From Dicyema japonicum (lineage: Eukaryota; Animalia; Dicyemida), in assembly GCA_011109175.1 (NCBI GenBank), contig RDEW01000017.1:372001-436000 (forward strand): DNA of 64,000 nt, given 5' to 3'. Position numbers and translations under genes: made by a program. The notes beneath the pieces are model-generated. The model had not been told where the DNA came from. It saw nothing but the letters and a program-made list of their open reading frames with translations, and did not search any database. Positions 38,964 to 50,005 of this stretch are shown piece after piece (the stretch's first letter is position 1; each line of letters starts with the position of its first letter).

Positions 38964-39688
38964 ATGGATTTTACTGGTATATTTTTTTATTCGAAAATCA
39001 GTGAAATCTCTTTCTCTGGAGAATGAAACCCAACAAGTGTATCGTACTCACTGTAAGATTGGCATTGAGCAGCCTATCGAGGATATTATTGCAATTCTCG
39101 AGAAAAGATATTCTAAGTCCTTCAATGGTTACTCAATTTATTTAAAAAATTCGCAAATTGTATTATTTTTTTGATAATTTTAGACGGATTTAACTAAAAA
39201 TGTCTCTTCATTGTGCCTAAACAACACTGGGAATGTCCACGTGTTCCTAGAAATTCTCAGAGGTTTAGTCTCTCGAAATTATTGCAGAGCCTTTGATTTT
39301 AAATATTTTAGATATTCAGCTTCCACGTGGGCAAAGGTCTGGCCAGCTGTGGCAGTTCTTATTGGAGTTGTTGTCGGATTATAGATGTGTGGATCTCATC
39401 TGCTGGGTCGGGGACAACGGAGAGTTTAAGATTAAAAACCCGCAGATGGTGGCTCACTTATGGGGAGTCAGAAAGAACAGAGTGAGGATGACTTACAGCA
39501 AACTAAGCAGAGCTCTGAGATATTACTACGAGTCAGAGTTAATTACGAAGGTTGAGCAGTCAATCTCTTTATAGGTGGGTGGGAAAAACTTTGTCTACAG
39601 ATTTACGTGTGATTTGAAGTCTTTGGTTGGTTATTCTTCGGTTGAACTCAAGGCTCTTGTAGAGTCGCGCCGAATTGTTCAGTTTTGA
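38964..39688 (+). CDS. GABPA: GA-binding protein alpha-like ETS factor (OST + ETS, no PNT)
   Basis: ETS domain [10 protein letters not shown]...[10 protein letters not shown], with spliced end [26 protein letters not shown] (GABPA: [26 protein letters not shown]). The N-terminal [29 protein letters not shown] aligns to the GABPA OST domain. Confidence 0.85.
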
Positions 39689-40169
39689 TTTTTTTATTGC
39701 CTGAGTTGTGCTTAATGAAGTATTGATTCTGTTTTCGTGATTTCTTAGAGAATGCATAGAAACCTGAGAATGATATGATTTCAATGGATAGGGGGTCGTG
39801 CGATTTATTTTTCCAGATTTCCCACGGTGTGGGTCTCACTGGAAAACTCCCCATGGCAATCTACCTCATAGGAAGACGCTTCTCAGGAGAAGAATATCCG
39901 TAATCGTAACAGGAGAACTGATATAAGATATTGATAAATATAATCACATGATCTCAATCTTCGTGAATTATTTTGGCAGAAGCACCACATGAAATTCTTT
40001 ACTCAAGACATATCCTGGGGCACATCAGCCTCTGTTGTCTATGTTAAAATAGGGGAAAATCCTGATAGTGAGCTCACTTTAAGTAGCTTAGCTATGGATT
40101 CGTTAATTTTGGAAACAAGAAGGCCGTAAATTAGGTCATCATGGTAGATGATCAAAAGTGTGACTGAAA

Positions 40170-40966
40170 ATGGTCAGATCACCACTAAGAAGAAAACGGT
40201 GATTATATCAATCAACCCACTCGGAGTGAACAAACTAATTAACAAGTTACTTCTGAAAATAAGTGAGTCCGAATCAAAACTCCCGCGTAGTGTGCGAGTT
40301 GATCTCGCAAGGTTAAGATGCGACATCCCTGAATCTACACCCATAGTCGTATAAATTGGGTCCACAAAAACCCAATCCTCTCAAGAGATGACAGAACATT
40401 TATTCGTCTGAAAGGGTAACATTTCTATCTTGACTCTCAGCATCTGAAGTACCTATGAGAATTGTCTTTCTAACTCAAAATATTGGTCCTCAATAATAGA
40501 GGATCGGGTTGATATGACTGAAGGAGATTGAAAGGTCAGTTGATTGGAACGTTGAGGTGGTGTCTACTATTACTGAGTTATTTCATCCTCTACTCTTCTA
40601 AAAAACATTGGATAAAGGAAATGGACATAGTGTCAATATCAATCATCGGAAAAGCTTAGGGAAGGATAAACTCATTAAGTCTAGTGAAAAGGAACAGTAA
40701 ACTGAAGTGTATCCATTCCCATGGATCCAGTTGCAGATAGACGAATCCTCTAAACACACAAGTCCACAGAGCAACGATCCATTTTGATTCTATACTGGCA
40801 TGGACGCATAAAGAAATTTTGAGCCGATGCCATGTCCAATGAGAAGAGCTGTTCAGGATTCTCGACCCCGCCGGACTCGTCCTCCCCTTTGGGATCACTT
40901 AGTTAGATGAGAACTTTTATTTCTTTCTCTTTGACCCAGTGATCCTGGGGGTAATAATAATAATAA
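40170..40966 (+). mobile_element. Decayed LINE 3' end with (TAA)n tail
   Basis: VDLARLRC remnant; ends gggatcacttagttag...cctgggggtaataataataataat. Confidence 0.65.
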
Positions 40967-41006
40967 TGGGACGCCTCCTGAGAAAGGTAGATCACATGAC
41001 AGCATC
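40966..41006 (-). repeat. Partial pseudoknot core
   Basis: Reverse complement GATGCTGTCATGTGATCTACCTTTCTCAGGAGGCGTCCCAT. Confidence 0.55.
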
Positions 41007-41124
41007 AGGAAAATCAAACCACAGATCAATGCCATAGAAATTGAGTGAAGAACAAGAATTCCTTCACCAAATGAAAATCAAACCCACTGATCATTTCATA
41101 TGCATACTGTTTAGAATAATTAAT

Positions 41125-41200
41125 AGGCAACGAATTGGGATCGCAGTTGTCTGCGGAAATGCTTACTCCATAATGTCAGCAGCCGCTCTCTCCATAGTTA
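41125..41200 (+). mobile_element. CRE 3' tip
   Basis: QRIGIAVVCGNAYSIMSA followed by AT-rich sequence just upstream of DDX49. Confidence 0.55.
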
Positions 41201-41312
41201 ATAAATAATATTTTATTGTTAAAAATAAATTAATTAATAATAATTTAATTAAAAAATATTTAAAATTATTCACGTGGAAATTATATTTGAAACAAGAATT
41301 ATAACTAAACTA

Positions 41313-42782
41313 ATGACTAGAAAAGATAATTTTAAATCCCTTGGAATTTGTTCGTGGATTGCTAATCACTGCGACACAGTTGGAATTCGAAAACCTACCC
41401 CAGTTCAATCATCTTGCATCCCTCCTATTTTGGCTGGTAGGGATGTATCAGCATGTGCAAAGACAGGAAGTGGGAAAACAGCTGCATTCGCGCTGCCAAT
41501 AATCCAAATACTAGAAAAAGACCCATATGGAATCTTCGCCCTTGTTTTGACTGCCTCACGTGAACTGGCTGCTCAGATTGCGGACCAGTTCTCCCTCATC
41601 GGTCGTCCAATGCATCTGCGGACCGTTTGTGTAACGGGAGGAAGAGGTTTGCCGTTAAACAGCATTTTAGATTATGTGGAGCAGCTACGGGTCCTTTCTG
41701 AAATCCCCACGTGGTTGTTGCCACTCCTGGAAGGCTGGCTGATTTGCTGGAATATCACAGTGGAGATTTGGCAGCATCTTTGTCCAAACTACAGTTCCTT
41801 GTTTTGGACGAAGCTGATCGACTTCTGGAAGGGGATTTTGAGGCTCAGTTGAGTTCGATTATCAGTTTTTTGCCGTCGAAGAACCGCCAGACATTAATGT
41901 TCAGTGCCACCGATAGTCCCCAGCTGAGAAAAGCTATCGAATCTTCTCAAATTGTCCCATTTGAATACCACGAGGTTGATTCAACCAATTCTGTGGCGAC
42001 TGTGGATCTCCTTGATCAACGATTCGTCGTGATGGAGGCTGACAAAAAGGACTCTTACTTGGTCGTACTCCTGGACTCTTATCTCAAAGCTAATCCGTCC
42101 AGTTCTGTGATCATTTTCACGAATCAGTGCAAGTTTGTCGTTGTTCTAAGTCCAGATACTGTCAAGTCCTCGGGATGCTATGCGAGAAAGTGGGAATTTG
42201 CGTACAAGTCCTCCATTCTTTTTTGCCTCAGAGAAAGAGACTCGCTTCTCTGAATTCTTTTCGCTCGACGAGTTGCAGAGTCCTTTTGGCTACGGACGTG
42301 GCTGCTAGGTTACACGTGACATTATTTTTAGAGGTTTGGATTTGCCTGCTGTGGATCTTTGTGTCTGCCACAATGTCCCGAATGCAGCAAGAACTTATGT
42401 TCATCGTGTTGGGAGGACAGCCAGGGCAGGGAGATCTGGGGTTGCCGTTTCTATGGTGTCACAGTTTGATATCTCCTTGTTGAAGGCTATTGAGGCTCAC
42501 ACTGTTTTTTTCTGGATTAAATTTATGCAGGGGTCAAAATGAGGGAGTATTCCATTGATGCCGGAGAAGTAGCACGTGTTCATGCTGAGATTCTCTTTAT
42601 AAATTACAGGCAGAGAGAGTATTGAGTGAAGTTTGAGCTTTAGATTTTGTTGGAGAAACAGTTTGGTGCTCAAAAGAGTGGTATAAGAAGAAACGGCTTC
42701 TCTTTGAGGTAGTCATGGGTTTTGATTGTTGTAGAAACAAGAAAATCCACAACCCATTTCGAAGAAACAAAAACAATCTTAA
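41313..42782 (+). CDS. DDX49: DEAD-box helicase DDX49/Dbp8
   Basis: PTPVQSSCIPPIL.GRD..ACAKTGSGKTAAFALPI...DPYGIFALVLT..RELA.QI.DQF, DEADRLL, FSAT, ATDVAARGLD and HRVGRTARAGR. Single-base frameshifts are present and the 3' exons are tentative. Confidence 0.9.
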
Positions 42783-43333
42783 TTTTTTGATATATTAATT
42801 TTTTATTATTTGTTATTGCCACTTTATAATTACGCGCTTTTTTTGTCAGCGATTGTGTACTTAGTTACTTATATGGGTGGGGCACAAGGTAGTTAGTTTT
42901 GTTTCTATTAACTGTGTGTTCAATTCCCGTAAGGCTACATCTACCTCATCATATGTCTCAGGAGATATTCAAGGTATGGCTGGCATACAAAAAGGCGTGA
43001 GGGACATATTTTTTTCATAGGCGAGTTGTTTCTATTTTTATAGTTAAATTCGGGGGTAGGCGAGTTGCCTTTTAGCCTCAAAAATGATCTACCTCCCTAC
43101 TCTATTGGTTAACCCTTAAGCATATCCTCGAGCGTATTTTGCTTGCTCAAAGTAGTTGTTATCATTGTCTAACACCCTCCTGTCTCTTACTGACATTATT
43201 TGTGATCTCCTTCAGAAGCATGAGTTTCTACCTTATAGTTCTTGAGTCATTTGAAAACAACTACACCTCGCAGTCATAACTAGCGGAAAAATCTTAACCT
43301 CGGAGTTGTTAGAAGCTTTCTAAAAGAAATGTT

Positions 43334-43625
43334 AATGTCGGATAGTTATAAAAAATAATGTTTTGATTAATTAATAAAATTCGAATTATTTTAATAAAAA
43401 GATTAGCAAAAAAAATGTTATGGATTTTACTGGTATATTTATTTTATTTGAAAATCTAGTGAAATCTCTTACTCTGGAGAATGAGACCAGCAAGTGTATC
43501 GTACTCACTGTAAGATTGGAATTATGCAGCCTATCGAGGATATTATTGCAATTCTTGAAAAGAGATATTCTAGGACATTCAATGGATACTCAATTTATTT
43601 AAAAAATTCGCAAATTGTATTATTT
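43334..43625 (+). pseudogene. GABPA: Truncated duplicate of the GABPA upstream region, exon 1, intron 1 and OST exon
   Basis: Aligns with 38861-39165 including the intron, and ends at the second intron donor. Confidence 0.8.
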
Positions 43626-44199
43626 AAGTGAAACAAGAGTTTATAAATCGAAAAAGGCTGGATTAAAAAAGTTTTGTTTTTCATAATTCAAACAATTTAT
43701 TAGACAAAGGAACAAATCTGGTTCCAGCTCCAAGAGGCTTTGAGCATTGTCGCAAATGATGATGATTCCAAGGCGTCGAAAAAGTCGTCTTTGGTCATAG
43801 GGATCTCTGAATGGCGTCGCGATTGCCATTTCCAATTTCATTGATAATTTTCGTGTCAATTCTTTCATCCCTTTAGAGGTTTCGAAGGTGATTGGGACGT
43901 AACGGAAGGGATCTCAGCGTGCTGAGTGAGCACTTCTAAAATTTTGTCTGTTATGCAGAGTCGACATTTGGGGAGTTAGAATGAACAGAAAATGCAAAAT
44001 GTGAAGTAGTAAATAAGTTGACACAAGAAAAAGGCAAAAATTAATTTTGTGGTATATAAGGTCAGTCAGGGCAGCCGAGGGATGATCTTTTAATTTTATT
44101 TTGTGTGGAAAATAAAGATCACTGATCCTGCTAAACAGAATCGGATCACTAAGAGGAAAAAATGATAAAAGAGAAAGGAGCTGACTAATTGAGCCACTT

Positions 44200-44300
44200 C
44201 CTTGCAAATCGTCAGGGGAAATGCTTTCTCAATTATGAGAGCAGCCAGTGATTGTTAACTGTTAGTTTTTGTCTTTATTTGGCTTAATAAATTTAAAAAA
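44200..44300 (+). mobile_element. CRE 3' tip
   Basis: caaatcgtcaggggaaatgc...gttaactgttagtttt, closely similar to 4801-4865. Confidence 0.7.
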
Positions 44301-44569
44301 GGAAAAAAATATCATTTGAACGAGGTCAGTGTCAAGTACTTCAACGTTTATTTTAGTGCATCAACTACTGTAACGATATTACTCCATCGGGTTTCTTCCC
44401 ATATGCTGGTAAAAATATATATGGATGGTCACACAGGACAGTCACGATAAACTGATATCGATATTGGGACAATTTACAAAATAAATGATATTAGAAGACA
44501 ATGCTGTATGGGTTCGAGGAAATATTAAGAATTAAACTTATTTTATATTAAAAAGCTAATAAAGTAAAC

Positions 44570-44641
44570 AGTGGAATGGCGCAGTGGGATCAGGTTGGGT
44601 CCATAACCCAGAGGTCCGAGGATCTAAATCTCGTCCCGCTA
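44570..44641 (+). tRNA. Initiator tRNA-Met(CAT)-like gene, possibly non-functional
   Basis: 72 nt, with A1-U72, three consecutive G-C pairs in the anticodon stem, CAT anticodon and T-loop ATCTAAA (A54, A60). The D-stem strands GCGC and TCAG do not pair. Confidence 0.75.
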
Positions 44642-45004
44642 ATTAATTTCTGTTTATCCTGGGGTTAATAGCAGGTTTGAAACCTCCTCTGTAGGTACAC
44701 ATCACAAGAGGTCGAACTTTTGATTTTATTATATTTATGTTAAAATGAAATTTTGGTCCAATTTGACGTTAAATGCTAGTAAGGCAGGTTTGAAAATTTT
44801 TCGATATTTTGATTTTTTGGATTTAAATTAATCTTAATTTTGTTTATTAATTGCTTTAATATGGCAGGGCAAGGAGGAACAGGTATTGAGGGAGGGATAA
44901 TTTGTAAGGAAAGTTTTCAATCGGACTGGTTTATTTTTTTCTGAATTATTATTAATAATTTTTTCATATTTTTTTAAACAAAATAATTTTTTTAACAATT
45001 AAAC

Positions 45005-45604
45005 AAATGTCAGTTGAGGAAGCCTGCTGCGTGGATTGCGAACTAGTTCCCTCGGAGTATGGCCATTCCAATCTTTTGTCTTGGCCATAACCCTTCTCGT
45101 TGATCCCTTTTCTTTCTGGCAAGCAATCCTCCGAGTTCTCGCAAGAACTCAGCCGTCATTGGACCAACGGCTCCCGATGATTCGGTCGCAACAAGAGTAA
45201 ATCGGTAGCGATCCCCGAGGCAAGAATATTTCTTGATTTTTAGGTTATCCGCAGTCGAAGAAGCTGCTCCAGGTGTCTGAACCGATTTGAAAATATTCGT
45301 TCTTGAGAACGTGTCTACACAAGTTGCGTAGATATGCCGGGTACGCAACCACCAGCGTCGACCTTAGGCCGACACCCACAAATCCAGAGGGAAGCTTACA
45401 TTGCTTCCAACCAAGTTCGTCGAAGAGGACGTTAATTAGTGACTCAACAGTTTGTTTGAGAGATTTGTCTGTCGAAAGTAGACTGTCGTATTGTTCGTAG
45501 CAAGGTGAACATCGGAGTAGATATAAAAGCTTGGGTAGTTCGATGTTATTTCTCATCAGGAAAGAAGGATATGTGAGAGTCGAGACATGACAATCTTTTC
45601 GCAA
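45005..45604 (-). mobile_element. CRE fragment
   Basis: LPKLLYLLRCSPC...GVGLR; ATCVDT...KKY..L...ATESSG..G...QKIGMAILRGN. Confidence 0.8.
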
Positions 45605-45989
45605 GGCGTGTTAATTCTTCATTTTTGGAAATTAGATGGTTCTTGAGTTCTTCTTCGCTTAGTGGGCATCCGAGGAAATACAATTTATTATATGTTAAAA
45701 AAATTTTCATACTAACCGAATAGTCATTATTTTATATCATGCCATTCAGAAGCACTGCTAGTTTTTCTGAAAGTTCCACTAGATTATATTTTAGTCTCTT
45801 CTAGCTACAATTGTTTAGCGGTTTATCAGGCCCCGGAAAACGTCTATCTTTTACCTTCTTTGCTGCTCTGGATACCTCCTTTATGAAATTTTATGTATAA
45901 GTATATAGGTTTCTTTAAAACGTATGGTCTGAGTCAGAAAGACTCCGTATGCGGAATTAACATCGGGACTTTGACAAGAACGAGGTTGT

Positions 45990-47100
45990 GTGTGGTGATG
46001 CCTGTCGTTAAAAAAGCTCCTACAAAGAAGATTACTAAAATCAAAAAGGCTACCTCTGGAGAGGTTTTAAAGAAGAGTTGTATTGAAAGCATTAAGGATC
46101 TGTCTCTGGAACCGTTAACTGGGAAAGACAAACCCAAATCAGTAACCAGAGTGGAGTCGACAGATCATTTGTTGACAGTTGAACTCTCGGCTATAAACAA
46201 GAGCATGGGAGTATTAAACTTGCAAACCTGTTATGTGGATTGAAATCACTGATAAACACCAGAGTGAGTGGAAAAAGCTCCGGGATTTTCCGATTTGAGT
46301 TTAAAGAAGAGTCAAATGAAATCTCATTCATTGAAGAGACTAATCTATATTTTTCCTTTCGGGAGGGAAACCACAAGGTGATCGAACTCCAAGAGAGGCT
46401 TTCGGAAATTGTTCTAAAGAATATGCTAATATGTATTGAGGAAGACGAACTTATGGCTTACATGAAAGAAATTGCTCCACCACTGAGTCGGTGAAACGTA
46501 TTATGAGGAATGGAAGAAAACACCCTGTTGTGAAGATGAGCTGAAAGTCAAGGGCAGAAGCTACGTCCTTGATACGCCTGGATCTTGTCATTGGATGGAT
46601 GGAAATAGATTGTGAGTGGGCCAGAAGACCACCCCCAAGATGCTTTAATTGCCAATATTTCGGACACATTGCAAGGCATTGCAATGGGGCAAAGAGATGT
46701 TTCTTCTGTGGAGGACCACATAGTTCCTTGAGTGCCCAGAACCAAAAATAGAAGATCCTTCATCAACTGCGGGTCTGGTGATCACGGAACGAGTTATGGT
46801 GGTTGTTCGGTGGCCAGGAAAGCCGTGTCCTCTACAGGAAGAGGAATCGAATGTCATGGGTTAGGAACATGGAGGATAGGAGAAAATCCTCTTCCGCCAC
46901 GTTACCTAAATACGAAGTCTAGTGAAAACAAGCAGGACGCAATAATCAAAAATCGACCTCTAAAATACGATGTTATAAATCCAACACAGAAAAAACCAAT
47001 TGTGGATAAAGAATACCTGGAGGATAAGCTAAAAGGTCCTGCTGGGAATCTATTCCGGGGACATCTGAAAGACAATCAAGAGAACTTACATATGTGATTA
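45990..47100 (+). mobile_element. LINE ORF1 (gag-like, three CCHC knuckles), decayed
   Basis: PPRCFNCQYFGHIARHC, CFFCGGPH and NCGSGDH...GGC. Confidence 0.75.
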
Positions 47101-47126
47101 ACCGTCTAAACGAATAGTGTGATAAG

Positions 47127-48615
47127 TAGGGCGAATTTTTTTTAACCTAAAAAATAAAAATTTTAACCTAAAAAATTAACTTTATTAACCTAAAAACAAA
47201 AAAATTAACCCAAAAATTTAACTTTATAACTAAACAATAAAAACACTAAAACTTTTTGTTACACATACAAATTACATAATTTTCTAAATTTCCTGGTAGA
47301 AAATGTTGTTGGATCTTAGAAAATTCTTTAATCTCAAGAAACATCGTTCAACCGAGCACTAAGTTGGCTGACAATTCAGGAGTAATGAATACTCGGCAGG
47401 AGATATGTTGAATTAGTTATTTTAATTATGTTTGAAATATCATTTTTTGAAGCCTTTTATTTATGTATTCTTTAATAAATTTGTTGTCATTTCCAAATTC
47501 CAACGATTCTAAACAATCATATGCCTGTTCGATTGTGAAGCGCGTACTTTCGTAATAATATCTGCAATAGCGACATCACTTCGAAACCTGGAATATTTGA
47601 ATAGCTTCGGATAAGGTCACATAGACTGCTCACTAACACATGGTTTTGAAGACTTTCTTTGGCTCTTCAAACTAAATATCCATCATCCGCGAATGATTCG
47701 AAAATATTTTGAACTCCGATCAGAATTTCTGAGTAGTATGTAGCGGCCTTTAGCCAGGTCCCCCATTTTGTCAAATGCGCATGAGGTAGAATGACGATGT
47801 TTCTGGTTTTGAATATTAGTTTTCTTCTATTGTTCTTGTTAATTGCTGCTTGTACAGTAGCTATCATCAAATCAATTTCCGGATAAGAGTCTCTTATTTT
47901 CTCACAACAATTGTGTAATAGATGAACGTGGAATAACTTGGGATAAAGATTTTTAAGTATTTTGCCAGCTAAAACATAAAATTTTACCTGATTTCATATA
48001 ATTTGCAGCATCCGAAATTAACAAAAGGAAATTTTCCCTTTGAACCAAATTATTTCCAAGTGCATCGTCGACTATCTGAGTAATGATGTTCTTGTTAGGA
48101 GCAGATTCTATCGCCTTAAACGATATCAGATATGTTGTTTCAGGAGAATTTAACGATTTAATCATCACAGCAACGTATCTTTGACCCCGCATTTTTGTTT
48201 CATCCGTATTAGCAAAAACTTTTGATTGTTACAAAATAAAGTAAATTTTTTATACACAAGTTTTTGATCCATTATGATTTGATCCACACAGCTTCTAGCT
48301 TTTGATGGTGAAAGAACTCGTACAAAGCCTCCGTAAAACAATTCTCTAAACCACGGCATAGATAGTTTGTTTAGTAGAATATCAGATTTTATAAATGCTC
48401 TGGTTACTTGTAGAGCCCGATCATCATTTTGGAATATTGGTCAATGTGTGTTTGGTGCGATTTGGTCAGAAATCTAAAAAAATAATTGTTATTTTGCAAA
48501 ACTCAATGAATTTTTATGTTTTTGTGAGGCTCCATGGGAATTTACAAAATGCCTTTTCTCGCATTTTATATTACACAAACAGAGTCGACATTAGGTTAAA
48601 ATAATTTTAACCCTA
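47127..48615 (-). mobile_element. hAT-family transposon remnant
   Basis: Imperfect TIRs TAGGG...TTTTAACCTAA and TTAACCTAAAA subterminal repeats. Remnants LLISDAANYM, H.LHNCCEKIR and TKWGTWLKAATYY. No matching TSD. Confidence 0.6.
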
Positions 48616-48969
48616 TAATTTTAAATTTTAACTATTTAACCTAATAATTTTGTTTAATATACATTTATTTTTAATAAAATATAGTTAAAAATCATTTTAA
48701 TGATTATTTATTTACTTCTCATATCTGTATTAGTTGATACCATAATAGGGAAATTAAAATATAGATTTACTTGTGTATTATATATATAACTTGGACATCA
48801 TTTATGGGAATTGGGTCATCATTTATGGGATGAGTGTACTATTATGAAATTTTAACTTTTTTATTTTATTTACTATTATGAAATTTTTAACTTAGTTCGC
48901 CTAGTGATAAGGTAAACTTGGATTTACTGCAAGTAGTGGCTCTGGTCCTGAAAAGATCAGACCGCCAAG

Positions 48970-49520
48970 ACCAGTGATCCAAAACATAAGGATCATGCTT
49001 GTGAATGCCCGATCAATTCTGAGGAGGCATCACGAGCTAGCTTTCCTGGCGAATGCCTAGGAAGCTGATATAATAATTGTCAACGAAACGAAGATGAAGT
49101 CAAACGAGAATACGGTACTCCCGGTTTCGAATCGATGTCTTTATACTGGAAAGAAAGGACTGGAACATCAATTTTTTATCGGTGTCATCTAAAGACAAGA
49201 AACCGAGAATTGTTTCATCAATTTGTTGTGAGTTTGTCGCAATTGATGTTCGTTGTCTTGACGGTTGGCTCGCAATTGGCGGTATGTATTCCAATTCCTT
49301 GAGGGATATCTCATAGTTCTTCAGTGAAAACCCGATGGCCATACTGGGAGGTGATCTCAACTCCAAGAGGACAACCTTTGGCTGCAAGAAGAGTAACAGG
49401 GATGGCAAGCTCCTGGTAACGCTATCTAAAGGCCTAGGAGTAAAAGTCCTACATCGAAAGAGCATAACCATTTCTCTCCCTACGGAAGTGACAAGCTTGG
49501 TGTCTTCTTGATTTACCCTG
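48970..49520 (+). mobile_element. LINE APE endonuclease remnant
   Basis: MLVNARSI...DIIIVNETK...GGDLNSK...G...SNRDGK.L. Confidence 0.7.
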
Positions 49521-50005
49521 TTGTTTCAAAATACGCCGACGTATCAATTACTCTTTCAATGTAGAAACCATCAATTTCCGCAGGATTCTTATCAACCCAT
49601 AAACTGTGGGGGACATACACATTTATAATTCTTAGGTAGCTCATAGTGGGGAAAGAATCATTCATTTAAGTTGAAGAACACCAATTCTATCGTCAGTACT
49701 TAAGTATCGGGATATACTTGGACAGCAAATCACTTATAGCAAACCCCAGACCATAGTGCTTTGACTCATTGAGAGGAAGATTAAGTGATAGTCTCCACGA
49801 CGCTTATCCAATCCATTGTTCATTATAGTCTTCTAAAGATATCCGATACCTATCTTGTATTTCTCTAGGTCTTCGCACAAGATTTCTTTTCCAGACTTTG
49901 GATAGCTCCATGACTAGCCATCTTGGGTTTTACAGAAATATTATTCAAGAACCACGTCAGCAGCTCAACCAGAATAAAATTCAATTTATTTTTTACAGCA
50001 ATTAT

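Noticed and set aside
43641-44207. ORC5-like (IIICDNAQSLL) or FFAT-like (DDFFDALE, another frame) gene
   Set aside because: The two readings are in different frames, there is no Walker A motif, and no coherent spliced model could be built.
47135-47235. TTAACCT repeats as telomeric sequence
   Set aside because: The repeats are irregular and separated by A-runs, and are better explained as hAT subterminal repeats.
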